Shown piece by piece: positions 10,531-20,112 of a stretch of DNA of 64,000 bases. Both the position numbers and the translations under genes were made by a program. Where the stretch lies: the NCBI GenBank assembly GCA_964634875.1, contig CAZWKA010000008.1, positions 978 through 64,977 on the forward strand, given 5' to 3'. This DNA is from an uncultured Gammaproteobacteria bacterium. Its GTDB lineage: Bacteria > Patescibacteriota > Patescibacteriia > Magasanikbacterales > GWA2-37-8. Numbering within the stretch: position 1 is the stretch's first letter; each line of letters starts with the position of its first letter. The notes beneath the pieces were generated by a model. The model was given only the letters and a program-made list of their open reading frames with translations. It searched no databases and was not told the origin of the DNA.

Positions 10531-11286
10531 TTATTGCTCTTTTAAAAAATTTTCCCAAATAGCGAAGGGAATAGTTCCTTCCACTTTTTCACCATTAATG
10601 AAAAAAGTCGGTGTCGCTCGCACCCCAAACTTGGCACCATCTACATAATCACGGTTAACTGCGGTCTGGGCATTAGAGGTAGCCAGGCAGCGTGCGAGAG
10701 AAGTTTGGTCAAGCTGGGTGGCGCCGACGAGCGTCGCCAGATCTGTTTCACTGAGCACTTCGGGCAACTCGGCTTGGTGGTCAAAAAAATAACGGAGTAC
10801 TGGCCAAAAACGACCTTGCTGCTGGCCACACCAAGCAATCTCAGAAAAACCTGAGGCTCCAGGGTGAGTACTTTCAACCGGGAAGTGACGGACAATGAGC
10901 TTGATTTTGCTACCGTACTTTTCAATGACTTGGCGCATGATTGGTTCGGCGGCAGCGCAATTAGGGCATTTGAGGTCGAGAAACTCTACGACCGTAACAG
11001 GTGCATCGCTCGCTCCCAGGTACGGGCTGTCCGAGCGTTCCAGATCAGCTCGATTGACGGTAACTGACCCGAAAACAGGGCTTGCTTGCTGACCACCAGC
11101 GGCACTTTTTCCGGAATAGACGGTGTTTTGAAGCTGCGCCCCGCGGCCACTCTTAATTTCCTTTAAATACGTATAGGTAACCGCTCCCAACACCCCAATA
11201 AAGACCAAAATAACGAACAAAATAATGCAGAGCATGATCCCCCACCACCGTAAATACCATGGTTTTACCGACCCAACTGTGTCCAT
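10531..11286 (-). CDS. DsbA-family thiol-disulfide oxidoreductase, membrane anchored
   Basis: VVEFLDLKCPNC, RHFP, GVRATPTFFING; N-terminal TM helix. Confidence 0.9.
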   Translation of the reverse strand: MDTVGSVKPWYLRWWGIMLCIILFVILVFIGVLGAVTYTYLKEIKSGRGAQLQNTVYSGKSAAGGQQASPVFGSVTVNRADLERSDSPYLGASDAPVTVVEFLDLKCPNCAAAEPIMRQVIEKYGSKIKLIVRHFPVESTHPGASGFSEIAWCGQQQGRFWPVLRYFFDHQAELPEVLSETDLATLVGATQLDQTSLARCLATSNAQTAVNRDYVDGAKFGVRATPTFFINGEKVEGTIPFAIWENFLKEQ

Positions 11287-11458
11287 AATCGCTAAAACGT
11301 GCCCTTAAAGCAGCCTAAGAACAGGCTATAATTACCCCAAGTATATACAAAACTTTTTGATTTGGCAACCCGCAGAGGGTGGGCTCGACATTATTGACAG
11401 CTCCCCGGCTCTATGCTATACTAATCGCACATTTAACCTGTGTTTAAGTCATAAGACT

Positions 11459-11761
11459 ATGAAGAAGGATATCCATCCAGAATATCATGTTGATGCGGTC
11501 GTTACCTGCGCCTGCGGCAATACTTTTGTAACCGGAAGCACTCTCAAAGAAATCCGCGTTGAATTATGCAGCGCTTGCCACCCTTTCTATACCGGTAAAC
11601 AGAAATTCGTCGACACCGCCCGTCGTGTTGAGAAATTCCAAGAACGCGCTGAAAAAATTTCAGCTGCCGCAGCCAGCCGTAAAGGCAAGAAGGTCAAAAA
11701 GGCCGCTACAGCTGCCAAGAAAAAAGCCAAAGCCGAAGCAGAGGCCAAAGACGCCAAGTAG
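11459..11761 (+). CDS. rpmE: 50S ribosomal protein L31 (Zn-binding type) with Lys/Ala-rich tail
   Basis: [24 protein letters not shown]; promoter TTGACA-17-TATACT upstream. Confidence 0.97.
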   Translation: MKKDIHPEYHVDAVVTCACGNTFVTGSTLKEIRVELCSACHPFYTGKQKFVDTARRVEKFQERAEKISAAAASRKGKKVKKAATAAKKKAKAEAEAKDAK

Positions 11762-11774
11762 CTTTTATAATTCC

Positions 11775-11814
11775 AAAAAACAGACTATACTCTTCTTTAG
11801 GTAGTCTGTTTTTT
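11775..11814 (+). terminator. Intrinsic terminator after rpmE
   Basis: AAAAAACAGACTA...TAGTCTGTTTTTT. Confidence 0.75.
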
Positions 11815-11819
11815 CTTAA

Positions 11820-11915
11820 AAATAAAAGCGCAAAACGAAAAGATAACAGATAAAAATATTCGAGTCGCTGTGGCGACACAATGTACTTTGAACTTTTCGC
11901 TTCAAACTTTAAGCT
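11820..11915. repeat. 7-bp-periodic imperfect palindromic element (family A)
   Basis: Left arm TAAAAGC GCAAAAC GAAAAGA TAACAGA; right arm ACTTTGA ACTTTTC GCTTCAA ACTTTAA; inner GTCGC-tgtg-GCGAC; resembles 63520-63640. Confidence 0.6.
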
Positions 11916-11918
11916 TCT

Positions 11919-12974
11919 ATGCTTCCTAAATACCAACAATTTCTCGACCGCTTCACAGAACTCGAAGCTAGTCTCCAAGATCCAGCTATTATTGGTAATA
12001 CCCAAAAATTAAAAACAATTTCCCAGGAATACAGTGACAGCAAAGAAGTAGCTGAAAAGATCAAAGAACTTGCTGGCCTCGAAAAGAGCCTGACGGAAAC
12101 TGATTTGATGGTAAACGCCGAGAGTGACCCCGAGATGCGCGCCCTTGGTGAAGTCGAACTATCGGAACTCCGCAATAAAATAAGTGAACTCGAAAATACC
12201 CTGGCTGACCTGACGCGGCCTCGAGACCCGCTCGACAAAAAAAATGTTATCGTTGAAATCCGCGCCGGTGTGGGTGGTGACGAATCGGCCCTCTTTGCCG
12301 CCGAACTTACTCGCATGTACCAACGCTACGCTGAGAACCAGGGCTGGAAAACAACACTGCTCGATAGCAACAAAATTGGGATTGGTGGCTACAAAGAGGT
12401 TATTTTTTCTGTGGCCGGACGCAGCGTGTATGCCGATCTCAAATATGAAATGGGCGTGCACCGCGTCCAGCGCGTGCCCGACACCGAAAAATCAGGTCGC
12501 ATCCATACATCAACAGTTACTGTTGCCGTACTCCCCGAAATCGAAGAAACCGAAATGAAAATTGAAGCCAAAGACCTCCGCATCGACACGTTCTGTTCTG
12601 GTGGCGCCGGCGGCCAAAGCGTCAACACTACGTACTCCGCCGTACGCATCGTACATATTCCAACCGGCACCATGGTGCAGTGCCAGGACGAACGCTCTCA
12701 AACTGCCAACAGAGAAAAAGCGATGGCTGTATTGCGTTCACGCCTCTACGAAATTGAACGGGAGAAGAAAGAAGCCGAACTCTCCGAAAAGCGTAAGAGC
12801 CAAATCGGCACCGGCGACCGCAGCGAAAAAATTCGCACGTATAACTTCCCACAGGATCGCATCAGTGACCACCGCATTCACCAAAACTGGAACAATATCA
12901 GCACCATCCTCGAAGGACACCTTGAACCTGTGATTAGCGCCCTTAAAGAAGCTGACCAGGCACTCGCCGAATAA
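11919..12974 (+). CDS. prfA: Peptide chain release factor 1
   Basis: [12 protein letters not shown] (PxT), [19 protein letters not shown]. Confidence 0.97.
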   Translation: MLPKYQQFLDRFTELEASLQDPAIIGNTQKLKTISQEYSDSKEVAEKIKELAGLEKSLTETDLMVNAESDPEMRALGEVELSELRNKISELENTLADLTRPRDPLDKKNVIVEIRAGVGGDESALFAAELTRMYQRYAENQGWKTTLLDSNKIGIGGYKEVIFSVAGRSVYADLKYEMGVHRVQRVPDTEKSGRIHTSTVTVAVLPEIEETEMKIEAKDLRIDTFCSGGAGGQSVNTTYSAVRIVHIPTGTMVQCQDERSQTANREKAMAVLRSRLYEIEREKKEAELSEKRKSQIGTGDRSEKIRTYNFPQDRISDHRIHQNWNNISTILEGHLEPVISALKEADQALAE

Positions 12975-12978
12975 TAAT

Positions 12979-13872
12979 ATGGCGAGCATCCGCGCCCTCG
13001 AAAAAAACTATTTTAACCGAATCCCTGCTAACGATTTGGAGCTGCTCCTGTCTCTCGCGATCAGGCGGCCAAAGGAATTTATTTTTACCCATCCGGAGTA
13101 CTGTTTGTCGGCCAGCGAAACGCTCCGGTTTTTTTATTTACGCTTTCGGTACAACCAAGGATATTCGATTGCCATGCTCCGCGGCCACAAAGAATTCTGC
13201 GGCCTTGATTTTTTGGTTACTAAAGACACCCTTATTCCCCGTCCCGATACAGAGCTCATGGTCGAAACAGTACTTGAGAAAATAAAAACACTTCCCGACA
13301 ATGTACTGCTTATTGATGTCGGTACCGGCACCGGCTGCATTCCTATCTCGATCATAAAAGCACTAGAACACAAAAACCTGCCTACCAACCGGGCAAGCAT
13401 TAAAACAATTGGTACGGATATTTCAGGGCCAGCACTTCGCGTCGCCAACAAGAACGCCAAAAACCACACCGCCGCCATCGACTTTCTACAAGGCAACCTT
13501 CTCGAGCCAATCTTCAGCAATATATCAACGAAACAATATATAAACGAAACCATCATCATTACCGCCAACCTCCCCTATCTCACGAACGAGCAATACCAAC
13601 AGGAAAAAAGTATTTGGCGCGAGCCTAAGGGGGCGCTCGTGGCCGCCGAAAACGGCCTGGCGTTCTACCGAGCATTATTCGAGCAAATTACCTGCAGATT
13701 ACTTCCCCGCTACAAAAATAAGCTCTCGCTATACTGCGAGATTGATCCCAGCCAAAGCACTGCGATTACGACCCTCATAAAAAAGTACCTGCCGTTGGCA
13801 AGTACTGAAATACGTAAAGATTTAGGAGGACACGACCGACTGGTGTGCATCAACCTCCCGACTCGAGACTAA
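12979..13872 (+). CDS. prmC: Release factor glutamine methyltransferase
   Basis: LIPRPDTE, DVGTGTGCI, ANLPY; directly follows prfA. Confidence 0.94.
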   Translation: MASIRALEKNYFNRIPANDLELLLSLAIRRPKEFIFTHPEYCLSASETLRFFYLRFRYNQGYSIAMLRGHKEFCGLDFLVTKDTLIPRPDTELMVETVLEKIKTLPDNVLLIDVGTGTGCIPISIIKALEHKNLPTNRASIKTIGTDISGPALRVANKNAKNHTAAIDFLQGNLLEPIFSNISTKQYINETIIITANLPYLTNEQYQQEKSIWREPKGALVAAENGLAFYRALFEQITCRLLPRYKNKLSLYCEIDPSQSTAITTLIKKYLPLASTEIRKDLGGHDRLVCINLPTRD

Positions 13873-14923
13873 TCACTGCTTCCGGCGGCACGACTTGAAT
13901 CCAAATATGTCCGGGCGTCAAAGCAATTTCTTGGCCACCTTCATCATAAAAACGCGTACGACTATCTAAACTTGTTTTTTTCCATGTACCCCGGACAAGT
14001 GCTCCACGCTTCAAGACCAGCGCATCCCCGTTACTCACCGTGGTGATAGCGAGCCGCCCCTCGTTATCGAGGACTTTTTTATCTGTATTCATAAAAACGA
14101 CTGAGTCTGCTTCAACCCGCTCGCCACCCCTGAGGAGCATTGGCCGGTTATTGAGCGAACGGACAAAACGACCCGTTGAGGTAACAACCTCCCAGGAAAT
14201 AGCATAGGACGATGTGTAGCGCAGGCTCACCGCGCTTGGCAAAGGGGTTTGTCCAGGAGCCGGCTCATTGCCAGGCATATCAAATTTCCACCCCTCCCAC
14301 GAAACCGTCGGAGACGGGCGCGTGCTTTGTTTTTTGGTTAAAATATTTTGCCAGCCTTCTTGGTTGGTAAACAAATTGTGCGGCGCAGGACGCCCGCGGT
14401 CGCGCCAAAAATATTGCCCAAAATAAAATTCATTAGCATCAAACACGTCGCGAGTTTGAATTAAACGAAGTGCCTCGGGAGAACCGCCGCTGTGCACATA
14501 CAGGGCATCGCCATATTCATGAAGCCAGTCCAAAAAATACGGGCGAGCGCTTCTGACCGGACCCACTTCTACCACCGGCTCAGCAGCATTAAACAACGCA
14601 AAATAACGAGTAATACTCCCCTCAACCGGCGCTTCATAAACGATACTAGCTTGGTTGAGACCGGATTGCGGGCGGGCACCCGAGTTATTGTCGATCATTA
14701 CCCCGACCACTGTGGGGCGCACCTCAGCCTCAAACGCAACCGGCAAACCACTGAGGACACTGTAAAAACGAGTTTCTGAAGGCTGGCTATCGATCTTTTT
14801 TATTAAAAGCGAAGAGCCCCGTTGGCTGAGGTACACAACAACCACCGTTACTATAACCAGCACGGCCAACACTGCCCCCCAAACCCACAAAAATTTTCGA
14901 GAACGTATAAAAGAAAAATTCAT
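13850..14923 (-). CDS. DUF3048-domain membrane-anchored protein
   Basis: VMIDN..ARPQSGL..ASIVYEAPVEGSITRY, GPVRSAR, APHNL. Confidence 0.85.
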   Translation of the reverse strand: MNFSFIRSRKFLWVWGAVLAVLVIVTVVVVYLSQRGSSLLIKKIDSQPSETRFYSVLSGLPVAFEAEVRPTVVGVMIDNNSGARPQSGLNQASIVYEAPVEGSITRYFALFNAAEPVVEVGPVRSARPYFLDWLHEYGDALYVHSGGSPEALRLIQTRDVFDANEFYFGQYFWRDRGRPAPHNLFTNQEGWQNILTKKQSTRPSPTVSWEGWKFDMPGNEPAPGQTPLPSAVSLRYTSSYAISWEVVTSTGRFVRSLNNRPMLLRGGERVEADSVVFMNTDKKVLDNEGRLAITTVSNGDALVLKRGALVRGTWKKTSLDSRTRFYDEGGQEIALTPGHIWIQVVPPEAVISLESGG

Positions 14924-14998
14924 ATTTTTGAGTATACCACACCAACAGCTTCGTGGCCAAAAAAATAGAGCGCAGCGCGCTCTATTTTTAAAGGGTAA

Positions 14999-15694
14999 TT
15001 ATTTCTTTTCTTCCTCTTTCTTTTCGCCATCAGCTGGAGCAGCTTCTGCACCTTCTTCGTCCTCTTTCTTCTTCTTAGCGGATTCAATCTTGCTAAGATC
15101 AACTGCGCTCGTGCCGGCTTCTTCCATTTTCTTCAACTCTTCTTCAGTGATAGCCGGAGTCGCTTTGACGACCAGGTCATTTTCACTTGGTGAAGTGATC
15201 TCAACACCATCTGGACGCTTGATGTCTTTAACTTTGATTGCGTCGTCAAATGAATTCAAACCGGACAAATCAATTTCAATCATGGATACCAAATCTTTCG
15301 GCAAACAGCGCACCTCAACCGTACTGACATTAGTAACGACTGTACCACCCTGGGCCTTAACAACTGGAGATTCGCCAACAAACTTCAATTCAACTGTAGC
15401 CGTCATCGGCTTGGTCATATCAATGCGGCGCAGGTCAACATGGATGACACGGTCTTTGACAGGGTCAAGCTGAACAGCTTGGATAAGAGCCTTGCCAGCA
15501 TCTTTACCATCAATGGTGAGATCGATAAGACTAGCTTCACCAGCAGATTTATATAATTTTACAAACGCTGGAAAATCAACTGCAATTGACTGGGGCTCAA
15601 GAGCGGCGCCATAAAGCACAGCTGGAATTTGTCCCTGTTCACGCGTGGTATCTCCTCGAGTCGTTCGAGTCTGTGCTACAAGCGAATACGTCAT
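14999..15694 (-). CDS. rplY: 50S ribosomal protein L25/Ctc
   Basis: IPAVLYG, VQLDPVKDRVIHVDL; acidic C-terminal tail. Confidence 0.95.
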   Translation of the reverse strand: MTYSLVAQTRTTRGDTTREQGQIPAVLYGAALEPQSIAVDFPAFVKLYKSAGEASLIDLTIDGKDAGKALIQAVQLDPVKDRVIHVDLRRIDMTKPMTATVELKFVGESPVVKAQGGTVVTNVSTVEVRCLPKDLVSMIEIDLSGLNSFDDAIKVKDIKRPDGVEITSPSENDLVVKATPAITEEELKKMEEAGTSAVDLSKIESAKKKKEDEEGAEAAPADGEKKEEEKK

Positions 15695-15704
15695 ATAAAA
15701 ATTT

Positions 15705-16049
15705 CTACTTGAGAATTAATGAGTTAAACAAATGCTTATTTTGAATGACCTGAAAACCGCTGATCGCCTCGTTCATAGTAATCGGTTCAGCTTTATAGAG
15801 ACGGCGGGCGTCTTCGAGGCTCAAGTCAGTTACCATACCGACAGAGCTAAAACCTTGGCCAAGCATCAAAATCATCGCTACAAAGTAGCTTTGGCATTTT
15901 TGGCACGTTAAATGCACCAAACTGGCGGCTTCGTTTTTACCAAACAAAGTGGCTTGCTCCGGGGTATAGCTTGAGGAGCAAATCGGGCATTTATTGATAA
16001 ATTTTAAAGCCTCGCGCCAGGAATCTGTCTGTGGCTGGGGTATCTGCAT
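15705..16049 (-). CDS. Hypothetical Zn-ribbon protein
   Basis: CPIC and CQKC pairs; TATG start at 16049. Confidence 0.7.
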   Translation of the reverse strand: MQIPQPQTDSWREALKFINKCPICSSSYTPEQATLFGKNEAASLVHLTCQKCQSYFVAMILMLGQGFSSVGMVTDLSLEDARRLYKAEPITMNEAISGFQVIQNKHLFNSLILK

Positions 16050-16138
16050 AAGGCAGTAATATACTAGTAAATTAAACAAAAAGTGTCAAGGCTTAGGCAA
16101 GCCTCGTACACTCCAACCTTGTAGCTACCCCAACTCGC

Positions 16139-16606
16139 CTAGGACAGCGCTGCCAAATCCTGGAGCACCTCGTCAGCATGCGCTTTGGGCTTTACATTTT
16201 CGTATGTTTTAGCGATTTTTCCCGCCCCATCTATCAAAAACGAAGTCCGAAGGACGCCGTCATACTCACGCCCCAGAAACTTCTTCCGTGCCCAGACGCC
16301 ATAGGCCTTGACTACCACCTTGTCCTCATCGGCCAGAATGGTAAACGGCAGTTGAAACTTATCGGTAAATTTTTTATGGCTTTTGACTGTGTCTGGGCTA
16401 ATTCCCAGTATAACCAACCCTTCTTTTTTGAACTTGGGCAGATTGTCCCGAAAGTTGCAGGCTTCGGTGGTACAACCCGGCGTATCGTCTTTGGGGTAAA
16501 AATAAACCAAAACGTACTGACCCCGATAATCGGCCAGAGAGTGTTCTTTCCCCTCGCTATCACGAAGCGTGAAATCCGGGGCAATTGTTGGAGGCAGTAA
16601 AACCAT
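16139..16606 (-). CDS. bcp: Peroxiredoxin Bcp/PrxQ
   Basis: YFYPKDDTPGCTTEACNFRD. Confidence 0.95.
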   Translation of the reverse strand: MVLLPPTIAPDFTLRDSEGKEHSLADYRGQYVLVYFYPKDDTPGCTTEACNFRDNLPKFKKEGLVILGISPDTVKSHKKFTDKFQLPFTILADEDKVVVKAYGVWARKKFLGREYDGVLRTSFLIDGAGKIAKTYENVKPKAHADEVLQDLAALS

Positions 16607-16661
16607 AGCGTCATCATTAATACAAGTAGTATAACGCGCCCCGTTTAATCTGACAAATACC

Positions 16662-17369
16662 TTATTTGCCTAAAATTTGGGTTGCCCAAAAAACCGTGAC
16701 CGTAGCTGCCGTTTCGGCACGAAGCATGGTTTTGCCCAAACTAACGACTACGGCTCCTGCTGCCCGCGCTTCAGCTACTTCAGTAGGCGTAAAACCTCCC
16801 TCTGGGCCAATAAATAAAGCAATGGGCCGGCCGGCCGGTGGAACATCAATTTCGTGAAGCTCTTTTCCGTCTTGGGCAAAAAAATAAATCTGACTATCTT
16901 TAGCTTGAGCAAGTGCGCTGCTCAAGGGTACCGACTCCCTTAGCTCGGGGACAATACTTTGCTCAGACTGCTCCGCCGCCTCAGTGCTAATCCGCTTGAG
17001 CCGTTCTTCATTCAGCCCTAGTTTCACGGTACGTTCCGAAATAAACGGCGCAATAGCACTGACCCCAAGCTCGGTCGTCTTTTCAACCAGGAATTCGAAC
17101 GAATCTCTTTTTAGTATCGCAGCATATAACGTAACAGGTGTACGCGGACGCCAATCCTGAGCTTGCTCGAGAATGTGACCGATCACAACATCATCTGTCA
17201 GCGTGCCTACACGTACCAGAAACTCAGCCCCCTCACCATCGGCCAAAATTATTTTTTCACCAACGACTATTTTGAGAACGTCTTTAATATGATGGATAAC
17301 TTTTGTATCCACAACCCGTACTTCGTCCCCCGCCACTTCGAGCGGACCAATAAAATGATGGAGTTTCAT
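16662..17369 (-). CDS. rsmE: 16S rRNA m3U1498 methyltransferase RsmE
   Basis: HHIKDVL, EKTTELGV, EAAEQS, IGPEGGF, LRAETA; start moved to TATG at 17369. Confidence 0.93.
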   Translation of the reverse strand: MKLHHFIGPLEVAGDEVRVVDTKVIHHIKDVLKIVVGEKIILADGEGAEFLVRVGTLTDDVVIGHILEQAQDWRPRTPVTLYAAILKRDSFEFLVEKTTELGVSAIAPFISERTVKLGLNEERLKRISTEAAEQSEQSIVPELRESVPLSSALAQAKDSQIYFFAQDGKELHEIDVPPAGRPIALFIGPEGGFTPTEVAEARAAGAVVVSLGKTMLRAETAATVTVFWATQILGK

Positions 17370-17373
17370 ACAA

Positions 17374-18630
17374 TTATTTAATACTTCTTTTACTTCGATT
17401 AAATGTAATTGCAAACCGGTGCGCCTCATCGCGTACCCGCACCAATAAACTGCGGTGTTCGTCGACAAACCCGATAAACGCGGGCGTCAAAGTACCCAAA
17501 ATAAAATCATTCCGCTTACGCTCCGGACCCTTTGCAATGCCCACAACCGGGATAGTGATCTGGCGCTCGCCTAAAACCTGGTTAACTTTATTAACTTGTG
17601 GTCGCCCCCCATCGATCAAAAATAAATCGGGTAAAGGCCACTCCGGATGATTGAGCCGTCGATTAATAACTTCCGCGAGCGAGTCAACATCGCTTTGTCC
17701 TTCAACGGTTTTAATTGTAAACTTCCGGTACTGGCTTGAGACCGGTCCGCTGTTATCAAACACGACCATGCTCCCCACTTTATCAACCTTACCCAGATTA
17801 GAAATATCATACCCTTCGATACGCAGACGTTTACTGCCAGGCTCGCTCGTCGCCGTGTCCGCATAAAAACTATTATTGAGGAGCGCGACATCATGGATGC
17901 GGTAGAGTGATTGCAATTGATTACGCAGGCGTGCCGCAGTTTCAAAATTTTGAGCTTTACTCGCGAGCTTCATTTGCTTTTCAAACTCTTTCACAACTTG
18001 TTTTTTCTTACCATCCAAAAATAAACTGAGGGGACGGATAACCAATTCCTGATACTCCTTTGCAGTGATCGTACCCATACACACCCCCAAGCACTGATCA
18101 ATCTCATAATAAAAACAAGGCCGCCCGACGCCCGGCTCACAGGTTGAAAAACAAAATAACTGACGCAATAATTTGAGCGTTGCTTTGGCATTAAGCCCTG
18201 GGAACGGACCGAAAATTTTTGTGTATTTATTTTTAATTTCAGTGCGGGTCATTGCTTCCAGGTCATGTTCGCGCGCGGTGCGCAGGGACGGAAAAATATC
18301 TTTAGTCAGCACCAAATAATTCCAACTCTTATCATCTTTACCGAGCACGTTATACTTAGGGTGGAAACGCCGGATCGACAAAGCTTCCAAAATAATTGCT
18401 TCCAGTACTGAATCAGTTTGTCGATAATCAATTTTAACAACCTCATGAATCATTTCTTCAATAGGCCGCGGCGTACGCTTCCCACGGAAGTAACTCCGGA
18501 CTCGACTGCGTAGCGAGGTGGCTTTGCCAACATAGAGCAATTCTTTGTTTTTGCCATAATACAAATAAATCCCTGGAGTGTCGGGGAGCTGGGTCGGGTC
18601 GCTCAAATACTCTTCAAGAAGTAACGCCAT
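17374..18630 (-). CDS. uvrC: Excinuclease ABC subunit C, short form lacking the C-terminal HhH domain
   Basis: GIY-YIG (LYVGKATSLRSRVRSYF), Cys cluster, UVR motif, RNase H-like domain (EGYDISN, LIDGG, RDEAHRFA). Confidence 0.92.
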   Translation of the reverse strand: MALLLEEYLSDPTQLPDTPGIYLYYGKNKELLYVGKATSLRSRVRSYFRGKRTPRPIEEMIHEVVKIDYRQTDSVLEAIILEALSIRRFHPKYNVLGKDDKSWNYLVLTKDIFPSLRTAREHDLEAMTRTEIKNKYTKIFGPFPGLNAKATLKLLRQLFCFSTCEPGVGRPCFYYEIDQCLGVCMGTITAKEYQELVIRPLSLFLDGKKKQVVKEFEKQMKLASKAQNFETAARLRNQLQSLYRIHDVALLNNSFYADTATSEPGSKRLRIEGYDISNLGKVDKVGSMVVFDNSGPVSSQYRKFTIKTVEGQSDVDSLAEVINRRLNHPEWPLPDLFLIDGGRPQVNKVNQVLGERQITIPVVGIAKGPERKRNDFILGTLTPAFIGFVDEHRSLLVRVRDEAHRFAITFNRSKRSIK

Positions 18631-18717
18631 AGGATATGAATAGTATAACAAAAAACTGGCACTTGAAAAGCAATAAGGTTCCTGGTAGGGTCAAAGCAAC
18701 TCACGAAGGAGAGCGCC

Positions 18718-19182
18718 ATGTCTCGAGCCGTCAGTATCGCAACTACCTTGACCAGCCTCCTCATTGGCGGGTGTAGCTTCACCACCCCTGCTACGGCACC
18801 GCCAAGTGATCCATTCTCGATGTGCGACGCCAACGAGGTCTGCCTCGCGATCGAGCTCCGGACACCGAACAGCACGCCGAATCGCTTCGAACAGTGTGAC
18901 AGCATCAGCGGAACAGCCATCGCGACCGATTGTGACGGTGCGACCATCAAGATGGCCGACCTCAAGATCGGGGCGCCGAAGTGTGTGATACCAGCCTACT
19001 GGACGATTCACGTCCCGCCGCTCTCCTGTCTACTCACATTCGATATCACCGCCGAAGCGTTCCTGAGCGAGAACAGCGAGTTCGTCACTGGCGTAGAACG
19101 TATTGCCGACATCGGACCAACCCAGCTCGACGGCCGGGAGCGTACCAAAATTCAGATGGTTCTTACCTCCAGCGCCAAGTAG
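18718..19182 (+). CDS. GC-rich hypothetical lipoprotein
   Basis: SD AAGGAGAG before ATG; signal peptide with lipobox-like LIGG-C; C/G-ending codons; promoter-like TTGAAA-17-TAGGGT. Confidence 0.75.
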   Translation: MSRAVSIATTLTSLLIGGCSFTTPATAPPSDPFSMCDANEVCLAIELRTPNSTPNRFEQCDSISGTAIATDCDGATIKMADLKIGAPKCVIPAYWTIHVPPLSCLLTFDITAEAFLSENSEFVTGVERIADIGPTQLDGRERTKIQMVLTSSAK

Positions 19183-19248
19183 CCCCCCCTGTTAGCGTGG
19201 AGCGAGAAAAATTTTCACTTCTCGCTCCACCCCCTCCCTCATACTAAA

Positions 19249-19283
19249 AATAAAAAACTCCTGACACCGGGAGTTTTTTTATT
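19249..19283. terminator. Bidirectional terminator between the two convergent lipoprotein genes
   Basis: AATAAAAAACTCC-tgacaccg-GGAGTTTTTTTATT. Confidence 0.8.
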
Positions 19284-19385
19284 CTGTTCCTCAATACTTT
19301 TTTTAAAAGTGCTAAGGAACATCGGCCAGGCGCGAATCGAATCGCGGCCTGACCGGAAACCCTGCGGGTGCAGGGTGTGGGAAAG

Positions 19386-19826
19386 TTATTTCTTGCGAAG
19401 GGCGGCGTGGTAGGCGCCGTCGACCTGCACCGTGCAGATCATCTTGACGGTGGTTGCGCCAGTATAGTAGGTGCTTCCGACTTCGATTCGCTCCGAAGCC
19501 ATCATCCCCATCTCCCCCGTGGCGAGCGAGTGGATCTGCTCACCCGCCTTGCAGATCAGAAGCCCGATCTGGTGCGGACGCGAATCGCTCGCATCACTTC
19601 CATACAGGAGAGCGAGCTTTTCGCCATCGGGGATATTCCGCACCGTGACCCACGCCAGCTGCTCGGGGATAAGCCCGGTGGCGGTAAAATCGGCGTAGTA
19701 GTAATCCTCGAGCTTAGAGTCGTAGATCGGAATCGGCTCGAGCACCTCACCGCAGCCAACGAGCGCGAGAGCGACGAAGGCGAAGGTGGCGATGCGGGCG
19801 GAGACGGAAGCAAACTTCTTGTTCAT
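19386..19826 (-). CDS. GC-rich hypothetical lipoprotein
   Basis: SD AGGAG 9 nt before ATG at 19826; MNKKFASVSARIATFAFVALALVG-C lipobox; C/G-ending codons. Confidence 0.78.
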   Translation of the reverse strand: MNKKFASVSARIATFAFVALALVGCGEVLEPIPIYDSKLEDYYYADFTATGLIPEQLAWVTVRNIPDGEKLALLYGSDASDSRPHQIGLLICKAGEQIHSLATGEMGMMASERIEVGSTYYTGATTVKMICTVQVDGAYHAALRKK

Positions 19827-19944
19827 GACTTTGGACTCCTGGGACGAAAACACGCGTATCCGACGCGTGACGGGTCAAGGCGATACCGTGCGCAGAGCAA
19901 AGCAAATTTCGCTCTCCTCTGCGCACAGAATACACTACACCCAA

Positions 19945-20018
19945 TTGTAAAGAACAAAAAACCTGCGGCTTTTGCCTACAGGATGCCTCAGCATAGCACA
20001 CTTTTAGGCTTTTGTCAA
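19945..20018 (-). promoter_or_regulatory. Sigma70 promoter, hairpin and boxA-like element
   Basis: TTGACA (20018-20013), 17 nt, TATGCT (19995-19990); hairpin CCTGTAGGC-AAAA-GCCGCAGG; TGTTCTTTACAA (19956-19945). Confidence 0.75.
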
Positions 20019-20112
20019 GGGATACACGGAATATTTTGGCTAAAATGAGCCAAAATACCAAAACGGAGCTTGGTCACAAGCTCCGTTTTAGCCAATAATC
20101 GACAACTAACCA

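Noticed and set aside
19368-20048. 226-aa plus-strand ORF
   Set aside because: Antisense shadow of the lipoprotein gene that runs through its leader and promoter
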